From Candidatus Doudnabacteria bacterium (GTDB lineage: Bacteria; Patescibacteriota; Doudnabacteria; UBA920), in NCBI GenBank assembly GCA_038230955.1, contig JBBRMG010000001.1:18312-82311 (forward strand): a stretch of 64,000 bases of DNA, in the 5' to 3' direction. This document shows, piece by piece, positions 1 to 10,212 of this stretch. Every line of letters starts with the position of its first letter. Position 1 is the first letter of the stretch. The notes under the pieces were generated by a model that was given only the letters and a program-made list of their open reading frames with translations, was not told the DNA's origin and searched no databases. The position numbers and the translations under genes are program-made.

Positions 1-76
1 GCACCTCACATGCATAGAAACAGCCAATTGGCTTTTCTCTGAAGCGACCATAACCGTTAAGACAGAGACTGAATCA

Positions 77-808
77 GTGACGGTCAAAATACCAAAATTG
101 AGATATACAGCTCTCAACGGCTATGAGTGGCGGCAAGAACAAGTGGCTTTGCCATTCGCCATTGACCCAGACGAAAACTTTGTCATGACAGTGCGAACAA
201 AGTCAGGACAGAAGCTTGTTTGGACGATGCCTAGCATTCCGTTCCGAGTAAGCAGTTACAGCCACATCCGGCTACTGTCTGGTGCTCATGGAAAATACTT
301 CATCCCCTATTTTAGAACATACGGTGATGACGAAATTCCTGCCGACAGCGCAAAAACCATGTTTTCGAAACAGCACTCCGAAGACAATCTGCCTAATAAC
401 CAGCAGACTCGCGAAGCGGATAAAATCCGCAATCACGACAAACAGTTAAAGTGGCAAGGGTTGGAGTTCACAGAAGACTGGACAAGAATTGGCGCAGCGA
501 CAATTATCGTTAAATCCAACAATCTCTCGACGGCGAAAAAAATGGAATACAGCGATAACCAAGCTTACGCTTTTATCCCCGGAAATTTCAAAGAGGGGTT
601 TAAGGTAACAATAATCCGGCTTGATGGCGCAAACTGGGAGTTCGATGTTCCAAAAGAATACGCAGAACTCATTGATGCCCAAATCATGATTGGCTCGCCA
701 TCATGGGACAAGGACAAACCTTGGATTCAGCTAAACTTTCACAAAAACAAAACAGTGAGAAACGGTAACGGACTGCTTCTCGGAGGGGCATTCATCAACG
801 CCAAATAA
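77..808 (+). CDS. hypothetical protein (start uncertain; may extend beyond the window edge)
   Basis: 243-aa ORF followed by a terminator; no recognisable motif. Confidence 0.6.
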   Translation: MTVKIPKLRYTALNGYEWRQEQVALPFAIDPDENFVMTVRTKSGQKLVWTMPSIPFRVSSYSHIRLLSGAHGKYFIPYFRTYGDDEIPADSAKTMFSKQHSEDNLPNNQQTREADKIRNHDKQLKWQGLEFTEDWTRIGAATIIVKSNNLSTAKKMEYSDNQAYAFIPGNFKEGFKVTIIRLDGANWEFDVPKEYAELIDAQIMIGSPSWDKDKPWIQLNFHKNKTVRNGNGLLLGGAFINAK

Positions 809-828
809 GCAACTTGGCCGATACAATA

Positions 829-871
829 AGAGCGAACTGGGTTTTAACGCCCGCTTCGCTCTCTTTTTTTT
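829..871 (+). terminator. intrinsic terminator
   Basis: AGAGCGAA...TTCGCTCT stem followed by a T run, just after the stop at 808. Confidence 0.65.
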
Positions 872-897
872 CTAAAAAGGGGTGCTATGAATAAAAA

Positions 898-993
898 CCC
901 ATCCCTGTTGTAGGAGAAACTATTGGAGCCGTAAGGAACGCGTCTGTAAGACGCTGTTCCTAGGCGACCTAGTTTCGATACAACAGGGATGGG
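898..993 (+). repeat. dispersed structured hairpin element, copy 1
   Basis: Perfect 15-bp outer stem 898-912/979-993 enclosing core AGAAACTATTGGAGCCGT...CTAGGCGACCTAGTTTCG and an apical hairpin GCGTCT-GTA-AGACGC. Confidence 0.85.
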
Positions 994-1005
994 GTTCTCT
1001 ATTCC

Positions 1006-2286
1006 CTAGTACCCTTGGTAGTCGTGCATCGTCATCTGGGCTTCAATCTGCTTGATGGTTTCAATAACCACAGCCACTACAATGAGAAGTCCAGTACCAC
1101 CAAATGTTAAGGCTTGAGTGCCAGTAAACTTTTGTAAAATGAACGGTAAGATAGCAATTAAACCAAGGAAAATAGAACCAGGCAACGTAATACGGTTGAG
1201 CACCTTGGCCAAGTAGTCAGCGGTCTGTCGGCCGGGCCGTAGTCCAGGCACGAAACCACCATTGCGTTGAACATTTTCTGCCACTTCCTCGGGATTAAAC
1301 ACAATAGAAGTATAGAAATAAGTGAAGATGATAACCATCAAGAAGTAAGCAACACCATAAAACCACCCTTGGTTGTTAAATAACACGATAATTTTGTTGG
1401 CATAGGTAGCCAGTACGGCGGTTTTAGCGTGCACAAAAAACTGAGCAATCAGTGCCGGAAATAGCATCACCGAAACAGCAAAAATAATTGGGATAACGCC
1501 AGCTTGATTCAATCGCAACGGCAAGTGAGTATTTACCCCACCGGCAAGCTTATCACCCCGAACCCGTTTAGCGTATGATACCGGAATATTGCGTTGCGCC
1601 TCTGTCACCAGCACAACTCCGGCGATAACCACTAGCCCCACTCCAACGAAACCAAGGATAGTTGGCAGTTTGCTTGGGTCATATAACTGAACCAACGACT
1701 GAATACTAGCCGGCAAGCGAGCTACGATACCAGCAAAAATAATTAACGATAGACCGTTGCCAATCCCATATTCAGAAATGATTTCACCAATCCACATAAC
1801 CAGCAACGAACCAGCAACAATAGACAAGATAGTTAAGAACCACTGAAAAGGACTAAATGTACCAAGAATGGCAGCGCCCCCTTGCGACTGGAGCAATCGA
1901 ATAGTACCAAAACCAGAAATAACCGCCAACGGAATAGTAAGCAGTCGGGTGTACTGATTAATTTTTTGACGGCCAGCTTCCCCGCTCTCTTTTTGAAGTT
2001 CCGTCAAAGATGGGACGATCATAGTCAGCAGCTGCATGATAATAGAAGCAGTAATGTACGGGCCAACCCCAAGCATAGCAATGGAGAAATTGGTCAAACC
2101 GCCACCGGAAAAAATATCCAGCAAGTTCAAAAACTGATTTGTCTGGAAAAAAGCTTTTAGCCCTGTAGCATCAATCCCCGGAATTGGCACATGAGCCAAA
2201 ATTCGAGTAACCAACAAAAGCGCCAAAACAATGAGGATCTTGTTACGTAAATCTTTAGTTTTCCAAATAAGGGCTAAGGTGTTCAT
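1006..2286 (-). CDS. secY: preprotein translocase SecY
   Basis: FSIAMLGVGPYITASIIMQLL, GIGNGLSLIIFAGIV, PGLRPGRQTADYL; follows rplO. Confidence 0.98.
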   Translation of the reverse strand: MNTLALIWKTKDLRNKILIVLALLLVTRILAHVPIPGIDATGLKAFFQTNQFLNLLDIFSGGGLTNFSIAMLGVGPYITASIIMQLLTMIVPSLTELQKESGEAGRQKINQYTRLLTIPLAVISGFGTIRLLQSQGGAAILGTFSPFQWFLTILSIVAGSLLVMWIGEIISEYGIGNGLSLIIFAGIVARLPASIQSLVQLYDPSKLPTILGFVGVGLVVIAGVVLVTEAQRNIPVSYAKRVRGDKLAGGVNTHLPLRLNQAGVIPIIFAVSVMLFPALIAQFFVHAKTAVLATYANKIIVLFNNQGWFYGVAYFLMVIIFTYFYTSIVFNPEEVAENVQRNGGFVPGLRPGRQTADYLAKVLNRITLPGSIFLGLIAILPFILQKFTGTQALTFGGTGLLIVVAVVIETIKQIEAQMTMHDYQGY

Positions 2287-2319
2287 AATTTTAGTATATC
2301 ACACGACCAGTATAACTGT

Positions 2320-2772
2320 TTATTTCACAGTTACTGTGCCGCCGGCTTTTTCAATAGAAGCTTTAGCGGTGGCGGAAGAAGCAATCTTTACAGTCAGTTT
2401 CTTTTTGAGGTCACCTTTGAGCAATTTCACCCGGGGCAATGCTCGCTTGTTCAATGTCATAATTACTCCCTTTTCTACCAATGCACGAACATTGACGATG
2501 TCACCATCGGCAAACACATTCAAGCGGTCAACCGAGATAGCAATAGCTTTGTCAGTCAATGCGCGGAAGCCGCGATTCTTAGGTAACTGACGGATTAATG
2601 GCTGGCGACCACCTTCAAAACCAGCGGGCATTTTGGAGTGGCCCGACCGAGCGGTTTGACCTTTGCCACCACGGCCAGAATAAGTACCTTTGCCCGACCC
2701 TAAACCACGACCGACAACTTTACGGCGGTGAGTGGACTTCGGATGTTTTTTCAGCTGATGTAATTTGATCAT
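2320..2772 (-). CDS. rplO: 50S ribosomal protein L15
   Basis: GRGLGSGKGTYSGRGGKGQTARSG, FEGGRQPL. Confidence 0.97.
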   Translation of the reverse strand: MIKLHQLKKHPKSTHRRKVVGRGLGSGKGTYSGRGGKGQTARSGHSKMPAGFEGGRQPLIRQLPKNRGFRALTDKAIAISVDRLNVFADGDIVNVRALVEKGVIMTLNKRALPRVKLLKGDLKKKLTVKIASSATAKASIEKAGGTVTVK

Positions 2773-2776
2773 TGGA

Positions 2777-3286
2777 TTATTTCCTCATAGCAGCCATCTG
2801 CTCTTTACTCTTCATCTTCTTAAAAGCTTCGAATACAGCTTTAATGTTATTAACCTTATTAGAGCTACCTACCATTTTACTGATCACGTTCTTGACACCG
2901 GCCAATTCCATAATGCTGCGGATAGCACCACCGGCAATTACACCAGTACCAGGACGAGCCGGAAACAAAATCAAACGGCTAGCGTTATACTTCACTTTCA
3001 ATTCGTGTGGGATAGTCTCGTTAACCAAAGGCAGGGTAATCATATTCTTCTTAGCAGCGTTGACGGCTTTGTTCACAGCTTCAGCCACGTCCATACCTTT
3101 GCGCAAGCCAATGCCAACTTTACCTTTTTTATCACCAATAACGATTAAGGCCCGGAAGCGCATGCGCTTACCGCCAGAAGTAACACGGGTAACGCGAGAG
3201 ACCTCTACTACCTTCTGTTCAAATTCACGAGGTTCGCGGGCGCCGTCTCGGCTTTGTCTGCGGGGTTTTCGATTGTTATCCATCAT
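2777..3286 (-). CDS. rpsE: 30S ribosomal protein S5
   Basis: RVTRVTSGGKRMRFRALIVIGD, PARPGTGVIAGG. Confidence 0.97.
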   Translation of the reverse strand: MMDNNRKPRRQSRDGAREPREFEQKVVEVSRVTRVTSGGKRMRFRALIVIGDKKGKVGIGLRKGMDVAEAVNKAVNAAKKNMITLPLVNETIPHELKVKYNASRLILFPARPGTGVIAGGAIRSIMELAGVKNVISKMVGSSNKVNNIKAVFEAFKKMKSKEQMAAMRK

Positions 3287-3295
3287 AATAGTATA

Positions 3296-3652
3296 TTAAA
3301 ATTCCAAGCCAGCTGCACGAGCGGCTTCAGCTAATGCTTTCACGCGACCTTGGTAACGGTTACCACCACGGTCAAACACAACTGTAGTAACGCCCTTACC
3401 TTTACCTTTTTCAGCAATGGCAGTCCCAACTTGTGTCGACAGTTCACGCTTTAACCCTTTGCTCTTAATATCGCGACTAGAAGCGGTAGCTAAAGTATGA
3501 CCGGTAGCATCATCAATCAGTTGAGCGTAAATGTGAGAAGACGAACGAAAAACCGATAATCGCGGGCGATCAGACGTGCCAGTAACCACAGCCCGGACCC
3601 GGGCGTGGCGGCGAACGCGTTGTATTCTTTTTTGAGAATGAATATTAGTCAT
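3296..3652 (-). CDS. rplR: 50S ribosomal protein L18
   Basis: [27 protein letters not shown]. Confidence 0.97.
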   Translation of the reverse strand: MTNIHSQKRIQRVRRHARVRAVVTGTSDRPRLSVFRSSSHIYAQLIDDATGHTLATASSRDIKSKGLKRELSTQVGTAIAEKGKGKGVTTVVFDRGGNRYQGRVKALAEAARAAGLEF

Positions 3653-3661
3653 ATATTTAAA

Positions 3662-4243
3662 TTATTTCCCAACCGCTTTCACGACCTTACCGGCCTTGCG
3701 CAAGATTACTTCATCATGATACTTAATACCTTTACCTTTATACGGTTCCGGCTTCTTTAATTCGCGAATGTTAGCGGCTACTTGGCCGATTAGCTGTTTA
3801 TCAATCCCGGTCAAAGTAATAGTGGTCTGATACTGCTGAATGATAACGCGTTCAGCTTTCTTTTCGATAACAGCAATAATACCTTCTGGTAATGGGAAAT
3901 CGATTGTATGAGAAAAGCCCAGAGAAAATACTATAATGGTACCTTTAAGTTCAGCTTTAAAACCAACACCGATAACATCTAATTCCTTAACATAGCCGGT
4001 AGTGACACCATCAACCAAGTTTTGAACAAGCGAGCGAGACAAGCCCCATAACGCTTTTTCTTTCTTGTCTTCTTTCTTTGCGACATCAACAATGATTTCG
4101 CTTTCGGCGGTGGAAATAAGCATTTTTGGATGAACATCCAATTGCAAAGTGCCTTTCGGACCAGTAACAGTCAGATGATGATCTTTCAATTCAGCTTTGA
4201 CTCCACTTGGGAGTACTACAGGTTTTTTTCCAATACGTGACAT
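3662..4243 (-). CDS. rplF: 50S ribosomal protein L6
   Basis: MSRIGKKPV start at 4243; PEPYKGKGIKY. Confidence 0.97.
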   Translation of the reverse strand: MSRIGKKPVVLPSGVKAELKDHHLTVTGPKGTLQLDVHPKMLISTAESEIIVDVAKKEDKKEKALWGLSRSLVQNLVDGVTTGYVKELDVIGVGFKAELKGTIIVFSLGFSHTIDFPLPEGIIAVIEKKAERVIIQQYQTTITLTGIDKQLIGQVAANIRELKKPEPYKGKGIKYHDEVILRKAGKVVKAVGK

Positions 4244-4262
4244 ATATTTATAGTTACGAGAC

Positions 4263-4655
4263 CTACCAGATTTGGCAGACGACTTCCCCACCGACCTTTT
4301 GCTTGCGTGCTTGTTTATCAGTCAATAATCCTTTGGAGGTTGAAACAATAGTAATGCCATAACCGCCATTGGTCCGTGGAATACGTTCGGCCGGTAAATA
4401 AATGCGCTGGCCAGGAGAACTAATGCGCTTTAAGCCAGTAATAACAGCGTCGCCATCTACTGCGTACTTCAAATTTAATTGAAGCATCTTCATGCGGCCC
4501 GGTAATTCATTGACGCCACTAATAAAGCCTTCGGCCAAAAGAACATTGGCTAGGTTGTGCTTGAATTTAGAATACGGCAATACTAACTCACTCTTGCTGA
4601 CAGCAAGGGCGTTGCGGATTCTTGTTAACATATCTGAGATTGGATCGGTATACAT
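4263..4655 (-). CDS. rpsH: 30S ribosomal protein S8
   Basis: DPISDMLTRIRNA, STSKGLLTD, VGGEVVC. Confidence 0.97.
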   Translation of the reverse strand: MYTDPISDMLTRIRNALAVSKSELVLPYSKFKHNLANVLLAEGFISGVNELPGRMKMLQLNLKYAVDGDAVITGLKRISSPGQRIYLPAERIPRTNGGYGITIVSTSKGLLTDKQARKQKVGGEVVCQIW

Positions 4656-4672
4656 AGTAGTCGGTTTCTAAA

Positions 4673-4867
4673 TTACCAGGAGGCCTTAGTAATGCCAGGG
4701 ATTTCCCCACGGCTAGCCAGTTCACGGAAGCAAATACGGCACAAACGGAAGTCTCTCATGAAGCCGCCTTTACGACCGCATTTCCAGCAACGCCGAATAA
4801 CACGGGTCGAAAACTTGGGGTTCACGAGACTGCGATTTGCTTTTGCGATGAGGGATTTCTTAGCCAT
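4673..4867 (-). CDS. rpsN: 30S ribosomal protein S14, zinc-binding type
   Basis: RCWKCGR...[10 protein letters not shown] with two CxxC motifs. Confidence 0.95.
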   Translation of the reverse strand: MAKKSLIAKANRSLVNPKFSTRVIRRCWKCGRKGGFMRDFRLCRICFRELASRGEIPGITKASW

Positions 4868-4872
4868 ATAGT

Positions 4873-5421
4873 TTAGCTTTCGCTTGGTTGAAAGGGAAAA
4901 TTCATTAATCGAAGTAATTCACGAGCCGGCTCGTCCTTACCGGCAGTGGTAACAATGGAAATTTCTAGACCAAAGATGTGATCGAGAGCATCCGGAGAAA
5001 CTTCCGGGAACACAATTTGCTCTTTTAACCCAAGGTGATAATTACCCCGGCCATCAAAGCCTTGGGGACTTACACCACGGAAATCTTTCACACGAGGTAA
5101 AGAAATATTTATCAGTTTATCTAAAAAGGAATACATGCGAGTGCCGCGCAGAGTGACCACAATACCGACCACTTGACCTTCTCGTAGCTTAAAGCCGGCA
5201 ATAGATTTGCGCGCTTTGGTTTCCACTGGCTTCTGACCGGTAATCTGAGCAAGGTCGTTTTTAATGCTCTCAATAAATTTGGCATCTTTAATGAACTTGC
5301 CTACGCCCACGTTCAATACGACCTTCGTAATTTTAGGGACTTGCATAACGTTCTTGTAGCCGAACTGCTCTTTGATTTTCGGCGCGAACTCTTTATTGTA
5401 TTGTTCTTGTAATCGTTCCAT
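4873..5421 (-). CDS. rplE: 50S ribosomal protein L5
   Basis: [24 protein letters not shown]. Confidence 0.97.
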   Translation of the reverse strand: MERLQEQYNKEFAPKIKEQFGYKNVMQVPKITKVVLNVGVGKFIKDAKFIESIKNDLAQITGQKPVETKARKSIAGFKLREGQVVGIVVTLRGTRMYSFLDKLINISLPRVKDFRGVSPQGFDGRGNYHLGLKEQIVFPEVSPDALDHIFGLEISIVTTAGKDEPARELLRLMNFPFQPSES

Positions 5422-5426
5422 ATAAT

Positions 5427-5759
5427 TTAAACTGCTTTACCGCTTACTTTAGCAATGCGTTGTTTGGTGCCGTTATCTAGAGTCTTAAAACCAACTCGAG
5501 TAGGCTTGCCGGAGTGGCTGTCTATTAACATAATTTTCGATACAGAAATAGGAGAAGATGCTTGAATGCGCTGACCAGGAGTGCCGGGGCGACGAGACTT
5601 TTCAAACTTGGTGTGAACACCAACGTTCTCGACAACCACTTTACCCAATGTCGGATACACGCGCAGAACCTTACCGGTCTTGCCTTTGTCTTTACCGGAT
5701 AGCACTTTCACGCTATCGCCTTTCTTGATTTTCAGTTTTCCAGATGTCTTGTGGGTCAT
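5427..5759 (-). CDS. rplX: 50S ribosomal protein L24
   Basis: [25 protein letters not shown] motif. Confidence 0.96.
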   Translation of the reverse strand: MTHKTSGKLKIKKGDSVKVLSGKDKGKTGKVLRVYPTLGKVVVENVGVHTKFEKSRRPGTPGQRIQASSPISVSKIMLIDSHSGKPTRVGFKTLDNGTKQRIAKVSGKAV

Positions 5760-5763
5760 AGCT

Positions 5764-6135
5764 TTATATTACTTCCGGTGCTAATGAAATAATTTTAGTG
5801 AAACCCTTTTCACGGAGTTCACGCGGGATAGGTCCAAAAATGCGAGTACCTCGGGGTTCGCCATTTTCCTTGTTGACCAAAACGCAAGCGTTTTCGTCGA
5901 ACCGAATATAGGAACCGTCCTTGCGACGAGTCTCTTTGCGCAAACGCACAATGACTACAGATACTTTATCGCCTTTTTTGATAGCCCCATTTGGAGCTAC
6001 TTGCTTAACGCTACCGTTAACGATATCACCAATGCGGGCAAAGCGACGGGCATTTTTTCCGTTCACGCTGAAAACATTGATGATTTTAGCACCACTGTTA
6101 TCTGCTACTTTTAGCCATGATCTTACTTGAATCAT
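5764..6135 (-). CDS. rplN: 50S ribosomal protein L14
   Basis: [31 protein letters not shown]. Confidence 0.97.
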   Translation of the reverse strand: MIQVRSWLKVADNSGAKIINVFSVNGKNARRFARIGDIVNGSVKQVAPNGAIKKGDKVSVVIVRLRKETRRKDGSYIRFDENACVLVNKENGEPRGTRIFGPIPRELREKGFTKIISLAPEVI

Positions 6136-6156
6136 ATCGTTTCCATTATTCCTTAT

Positions 6157-6251
6157 CTGCTGCTCTTCGGAAACTATCGCTCGAGTTGCTGCAGCTGAGC
6201 TTCGCTCATCTTAGCAACTTATTCGCTCAATAGTTTCTTAAAGAGCAGCAG
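6157..6251 (-). repeat. dispersed structured hairpin element, divergent copy 5 (between rpsQ and rplN)
   Basis: 11-bp outer stem CTGCTGCTCTT/AAGAGCAGCAG, GAAACTAT/ATAGTTTC helix, AGTTGCT/AGCAACT helix, apical TGAGC-GAA-GCTCA on the minus strand; shares AGAAACTATTG and TAGTTTC with the other copies. Confidence 0.6.
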
Positions 6252-6274
6252 GCAAGAAAATCGTAAATATATTA

Positions 6275-6553
6275 TTAAACTTTCTTCAAAACCTTAAACT
6301 GTTTGCCGCGGCTGATTGGGCGTGTGGCTTCAATCACAACCTTATCACCTTTATGGTATTCGTTACCTTCGTCGTGAGCCTTATAGCGAGAAGTTACCGT
6401 ATAACTCTTGTGGTACTTCGGGTGACGCTTGCGGGTTTCGACTTTGATTACGACGGTCTTATCCATTTTATCGGATACGACGGTGCCGGTAATTTGCTGT
6501 CTCTTAACCTGTTTAGGTTGCTCTATTATATTGTTTACTGGATTCTCTTCCAT
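6275..6553 (-). CDS. rpsQ: 30S ribosomal protein S17
   Basis: [26 protein letters not shown]. Confidence 0.96.
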   Translation of the reverse strand: MEENPVNNIIEQPKQVKRQQITGTVVSDKMDKTVVIKVETRKRHPKYHKSYTVTSRYKAHDEGNEYHKGDKVVIEATRPISRGKQFKVLKKV

Positions 6554-6557
6554 ATAA

Positions 6558-6743
6558 TTAGCTATTAGCCTTTAATGAGGTCATAATTCTTGCAATGTCT
6601 TTACGGACTTGCCCGATCTGGTGTGTAGTCTTAACCTGTGACAAACGGCTCTTCACCCGAAGGGTCATCATCTGATCGCGCAAGTCTGCCAAATCTTTGA
6701 CCAACACTTCTCTAGGTTTTTGGGATAATTCTTTGTACTTCAT
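6558..6743 (-). CDS. rpmC: 50S ribosomal protein L29
   Basis: Size, position and [10 protein letters not shown] motif. Confidence 0.93.
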   Translation of the reverse strand: MKYKELSQKPREVLVKDLADLRDQMMTLRVKSRLSQVKTTHQIGQVRKDIARIMTSLKANS

Positions 6744-6747
6744 AAAT

Positions 6748-7161
6748 TTATAGACTAGCCTTTGATAAAAACTTGCTTTTCACTGGTAGTTTGTGGCTGG
6801 CTAGTCGCATTGCTTCCTTAGCGGCGGCTTCACTAACACCGTCCATTTCAAACATAATCTTGCCCTTCTTCACAACTGCGACGAAGTGGTCAACAGCACC
6901 TTTTCCACTACCCATCGGAGATTCATTGCCGTGAGCTGTTACCGGTTTGTCTGGGAACATGCGAATCCAAATCTTACCACCACGATTAATAGAGCGGGTC
7001 ATAGCGCGACGGGCGGATTCAATCTGCCGGGAAGTAATCCAGGAGCTTTCCATAGCTTTCAGAGCGAAGTTGCCAAATGCAATTTCAATTCCAGCAGAAG
7101 CTTTGCCTTTGTTATGACCGCGATGGTGTTTGCGGTGTTTGACTTTCTTAGGAAGTAACAT
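6748..7161 (-). CDS. rplP: 50S ribosomal protein L16
   Basis: [24 protein letters not shown]. Confidence 0.97.
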   Translation of the reverse strand: MLLPKKVKHRKHHRGHNKGKASAGIEIAFGNFALKAMESSWITSRQIESARRAMTRSINRGGKIWIRMFPDKPVTAHGNESPMGSGKGAVDHFVAVVKKGKIMFEMDGVSEAAAKEAMRLASHKLPVKSKFLSKASL

Positions 7162-7166
7162 ATGAA

Positions 7167-7844
7167 TTAACGGTTATTAGTTCGATTGTTAGTAAGAGGG
7201 GCTGGATTATTTTCATAAACATCGCCTTTATAAATCCAGACTTTAATGCCGATAGTACCGAAAGTAGTGAAAGCGGTGCTCCGAGCAAAATCAATATCGG
7301 CACGGATAGTATGAAGTGGAATTTTTCCCTGAGATAAATGCTCCGTTCGGGCAATTTCTGCGCCATTCAAACGGCCACCAATAGCCACCTTAACACCCTT
7401 AGCCCCAGCTTGCATAACAGATTCTAGGGTCTGCTTCATCAGTTTCCGGAAAGCAACGCGCTTTTCTAACTGTTCAGCAATACCGTTGGCAATAACTTGC
7501 GAGTGCAAATTAATATCGCGAACTTCTTCTATGTTCACCTTCAGTTCTTGCTTAATGCCAAGCTTCGATTTGACGCGCTTCTTCAACTCTTCAATCCCTG
7601 CGCCCCCTTTACCAATAATTAACCCTGGCTTGGTGGTACGGATGATAACAGTAATGGTGCCGTCATTCAATCGTTCAATATCAACACGACTCAAACCTGC
7701 TCTCTTCAAGTGGGTCTCCAAGTATTCGCGGATGCGCACGTCTTCGCGCAACATATCCACGTAATTGGACTTCGAAAACCACTTGGATTTCCAGGTGTCA
7801 GTTATCTTTAAACGAAATGAAGTTGGATTGACCTTATGTCCCAT
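7167..7844 (-). CDS. rpsC: 30S ribosomal protein S3
   Basis: [36 protein letters not shown]. Confidence 0.97.
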   Translation of the reverse strand: MGHKVNPTSFRLKITDTWKSKWFSKSNYVDMLREDVRIREYLETHLKRAGLSRVDIERLNDGTITVIIRTTKPGLIIGKGGAGIEELKKRVKSKLGIKQELKVNIEEVRDINLHSQVIANGIAEQLEKRVAFRKLMKQTLESVMQAGAKGVKVAIGGRLNGAEIARTEHLSQGKIPLHTIRADIDFARSTAFTTFGTIGIKVWIYKGDVYENNPAPLTNNRTNNR

Positions 7845-7849
7845 AAAAG

Positions 7850-8455
7850 TTATTTAGATTGATGATCACCACCGGTGACATGGTCACCAGTTTTTTGCTC
7901 AACTACGGCCTCAGCATTTTCCATATGAGTAGCTTTATGTTCGCTAGCCTGTTCTGTATCAAATTTAGCAGATGGTCCAGACTCTGGCACGCCAACGCTA
8001 CCTTCTTTGGTAATCACTGGCTTGTCTTTCTTACTGCTGCGGTTAGTCAGAGTGGATAGGGCGAAACGGGATTTCTTAAGAGCCTTTACTGCTCGTTCTT
8101 CCAATACAACATTAACATGGGAATTCTTACGGCGGATAACGAAAGCGCTGCCACGAGCCCGTGGGAAGAAACGCTTCATGGTCTGACCCATATCACAAGT
8201 AATAGTTTTAATAAACAACCCGTCAGCTTTGAGAGAAAAGTTATTCTCAGCATTGGCAACAGCCGAATTCAGTAAAGTTGTCAGAAGTTTAGCCCCTTTC
8301 TTGTTGGTAAAACGAAGTTGAGTCAAAGCATCGGCGACGCGCATGTCTTTTACTAAATTAGTGACCAAGCGCATTTTGCGTGGGGAAATTCGAAGACTGC
8401 GGGCAGATGCCTTTATGAGCTGGGGAGTATTCTGTTGTTCAGTTTTGTCGGCCAT
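7850..8455 (-). CDS. rplV: 50S ribosomal protein L22 with ~80-aa C-terminal extension
   Basis: RISPRKMRLV, PRARGSA, SHVNVVL, then a low-complexity tail. Confidence 0.95.
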   Translation of the reverse strand: MADKTEQQNTPQLIKASARSLRISPRKMRLVTNLVKDMRVADALTQLRFTNKKGAKLLTTLLNSAVANAENNFSLKADGLFIKTITCDMGQTMKRFFPRARGSAFVIRRKNSHVNVVLEERAVKALKKSRFALSTLTNRSSKKDKPVITKEGSVGVPESGPSAKFDTEQASEHKATHMENAEAVVEQKTGDHVTGGDHQSK

Positions 8456-8488
8456 AATGCGGAATGGTTGTTATTGTTGCTGTTCCTG

Positions 8489-8589
8489 TCGGTGCCAGAT
8501 TGCTGCTAAGAAACTATTGGAGCCGTGAGAAGGGAGCTGTTAAGCGAAGCTTCTAGGCGACTAGTTTCGAGCCAGCAATCTGGGACCGA
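8489..8589 (+). repeat. dispersed structured hairpin element, copy 2 (between rpsS and rplV)
   Basis: Outer stem TCGGTgCCAGATTGCTG/CAGCAATCTGGgACCGA enclosing AGAAACTATTGGAGCCGT...CTAGGCGACTAGTTTCG. Confidence 0.85.
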
Positions 8590-8609
8590 TATGGAAATAA
8601 TAATTATGC

Positions 8610-8945
8610 TTACTTTTTCTTTGGGGCCGGAGCCTTAGCAGCGACCATCTTAGCTTTATCAGCAGAGGCGGCAGCGGCTTCCTGTTCCTTAGCCATCTTA
8701 CCACCATGGCGGTAAAACTTGCGAGTCGGGGAAAATTCACCGAGCTTATGGCCAACCATATTTTCAGTAACATATACTGGCGTATGTTGACGACCATTGT
8801 GCACCAGGAAAGTCATACCGACCATCTCAGGAGAGATTGCAGAGTCACGAGACCAGGTTTTAATCTGATCGCCGGCCTTGCCCGCTTGCACCTTTTTTAA
8901 CAGATGCGGAGCTATGAATGGACCTTTTTTTAAACTTCTAGACAT
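8610..8945 (-). CDS. rpsS: 30S ribosomal protein S19
   Basis: [24 protein letters not shown]. Confidence 0.97.
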   Translation of the reverse strand: MSRSLKKGPFIAPHLLKKVQAGKAGDQIKTWSRDSAISPEMVGMTFLVHNGRQHTPVYVTENMVGHKLGEFSPTRKFYRHGGKMAKEQEAAAASADKAKMVAAKAPAPKKK

Positions 8946-8955
8946 ATAATAAGGA

Positions 8956-9795
8956 TTATTTCTTTACTCTACGACGGACGATACTCCGGTTGCTGTACTT
9001 TTTCTTCAAACGGGTTCTAACACCGAGGGCATGTTTGCCCCACGGGGTCTTCGGGTATTTCATACCAATGGAGTTTTGGCCTTCACCACCACCATGAGGG
9101 TGATCCACCGGGTTCATAGCTTTACCACGGACACTCGGACGCCAACCCATATGACGACTGCGACCAGCTTTACCAATACGGACGTTCATCCAGTCACCGT
9201 TTGAAATAGTACCGATAGTAGCAGTAGCAGTATCGCGAATTCGGCGAATTTCCCCCGATGGCATTTTCAATAACGCGTAACCACCTTCCATGTTCTGCAA
9301 TGTCACGGAAGCACCGGCACTGCGAGCAATCTTGCCACCTTGACCAGGAATTAATTCAACATCACTAATAACAGAGCCAACTGGAATATTCTTCAATGCT
9401 AATCTGTTACCAGCAGTAATTTCGGCGTTCTCCGCAAACATTACCATATCGCCCACTTTCATACCTTGAGCAGTCAAAATATAACGCTTTGCGCCATCTT
9501 TGTAATTCACCAAGGAAATAAAGGAAGTGCGAGTTGGATCGTATTCAATGGACACAATTTTACCAGGAACATTTTCACGATCAGCCCGGGAGAAGTCTAC
9601 CAAACGAATTTTCTTACGAGCTCCGCCGCCACGATGACGAACAGTAATGGTCCCAGTGTTGTTACGACCAGCTTGCTTGCGCTTGGATGTAATAAGAGCC
9701 TTCGGGGACTTAGCCGGTTTGTGGAGGACAGAATAATCTGTAACGCTGGAAATGCGCCGTCCTGGAGAAGTTGGTTTGTAGAGTTTTACAGCCAT
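8956..9795 (-). CDS. rplB: 50S ribosomal protein L2
   Basis: [24 protein letters not shown]. Confidence 0.98.
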   Translation of the reverse strand: MAVKLYKPTSPGRRISSVTDYSVLHKPAKSPKALITSKRKQAGRNNTGTITVRHRGGGARKKIRLVDFSRADRENVPGKIVSIEYDPTRTSFISLVNYKDGAKRYILTAQGMKVGDMVMFAENAEITAGNRLALKNIPVGSVISDVELIPGQGGKIARSAGASVTLQNMEGGYALLKMPSGEIRRIRDTATATIGTISNGDWMNVRIGKAGRSRHMGWRPSVRGKAMNPVDHPHGGGEGQNSIGMKYPKTPWGKHALGVRTRLKKKYSNRSIVRRRVKK

Positions 9796-9804
9796 AGTCT
9801 TAGG

Positions 9805-10209
9805 TTAAGCTTGGATAGTATCAATCTTCTTGCTGTCTTTGGTCAAAGTAACAATTGCTTTCTTGAAGCCAGAACGCTTGCCCATGGTTTTACCATAGCG
9901 GCGAGACTTGCCAAGCACGGTAATCATATTGATGCCCGCTACCTTAGCGCCATATGCTTTTTCAATTGCTTTCTTCAACTCCACTTTATTCACTTTGCCT
10001 TCTATCTTGAACACGTACTTGTTGAGCTTGTTCATGTTGACGCTCTTTTCAGAGAGACGAGGAACAATCAATACGCCTCTTTGGCCAATCATAACAGTGT
10101 TGTCGGGGCCATCGGCGGCGACAATCTTTGGTGCATCGACAATTTCTTTTGCCTTATCCTTAGGCTTGTCTTTGGTCTGGTCTTCAGTTTTTGGGGAGAA
10201 AATGGCCAT
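9805..10209 (-). CDS. rplW: 50S ribosomal protein L23 with N-terminal extension
   Basis: PRLSEKS, KYVFKI, KKAIVTL; operon position. Confidence 0.93.
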   Translation of the reverse strand: MAIFSPKTEDQTKDKPKDKAKEIVDAPKIVAADGPDNTVMIGQRGVLIVPRLSEKSVNMNKLNKYVFKIEGKVNKVELKKAIEKAYGAKVAGINMITVLGKSRRYGKTMGKRSGFKKAIVTLTKDSKKIDTIQA

Positions 10210-10212
10210 AGA

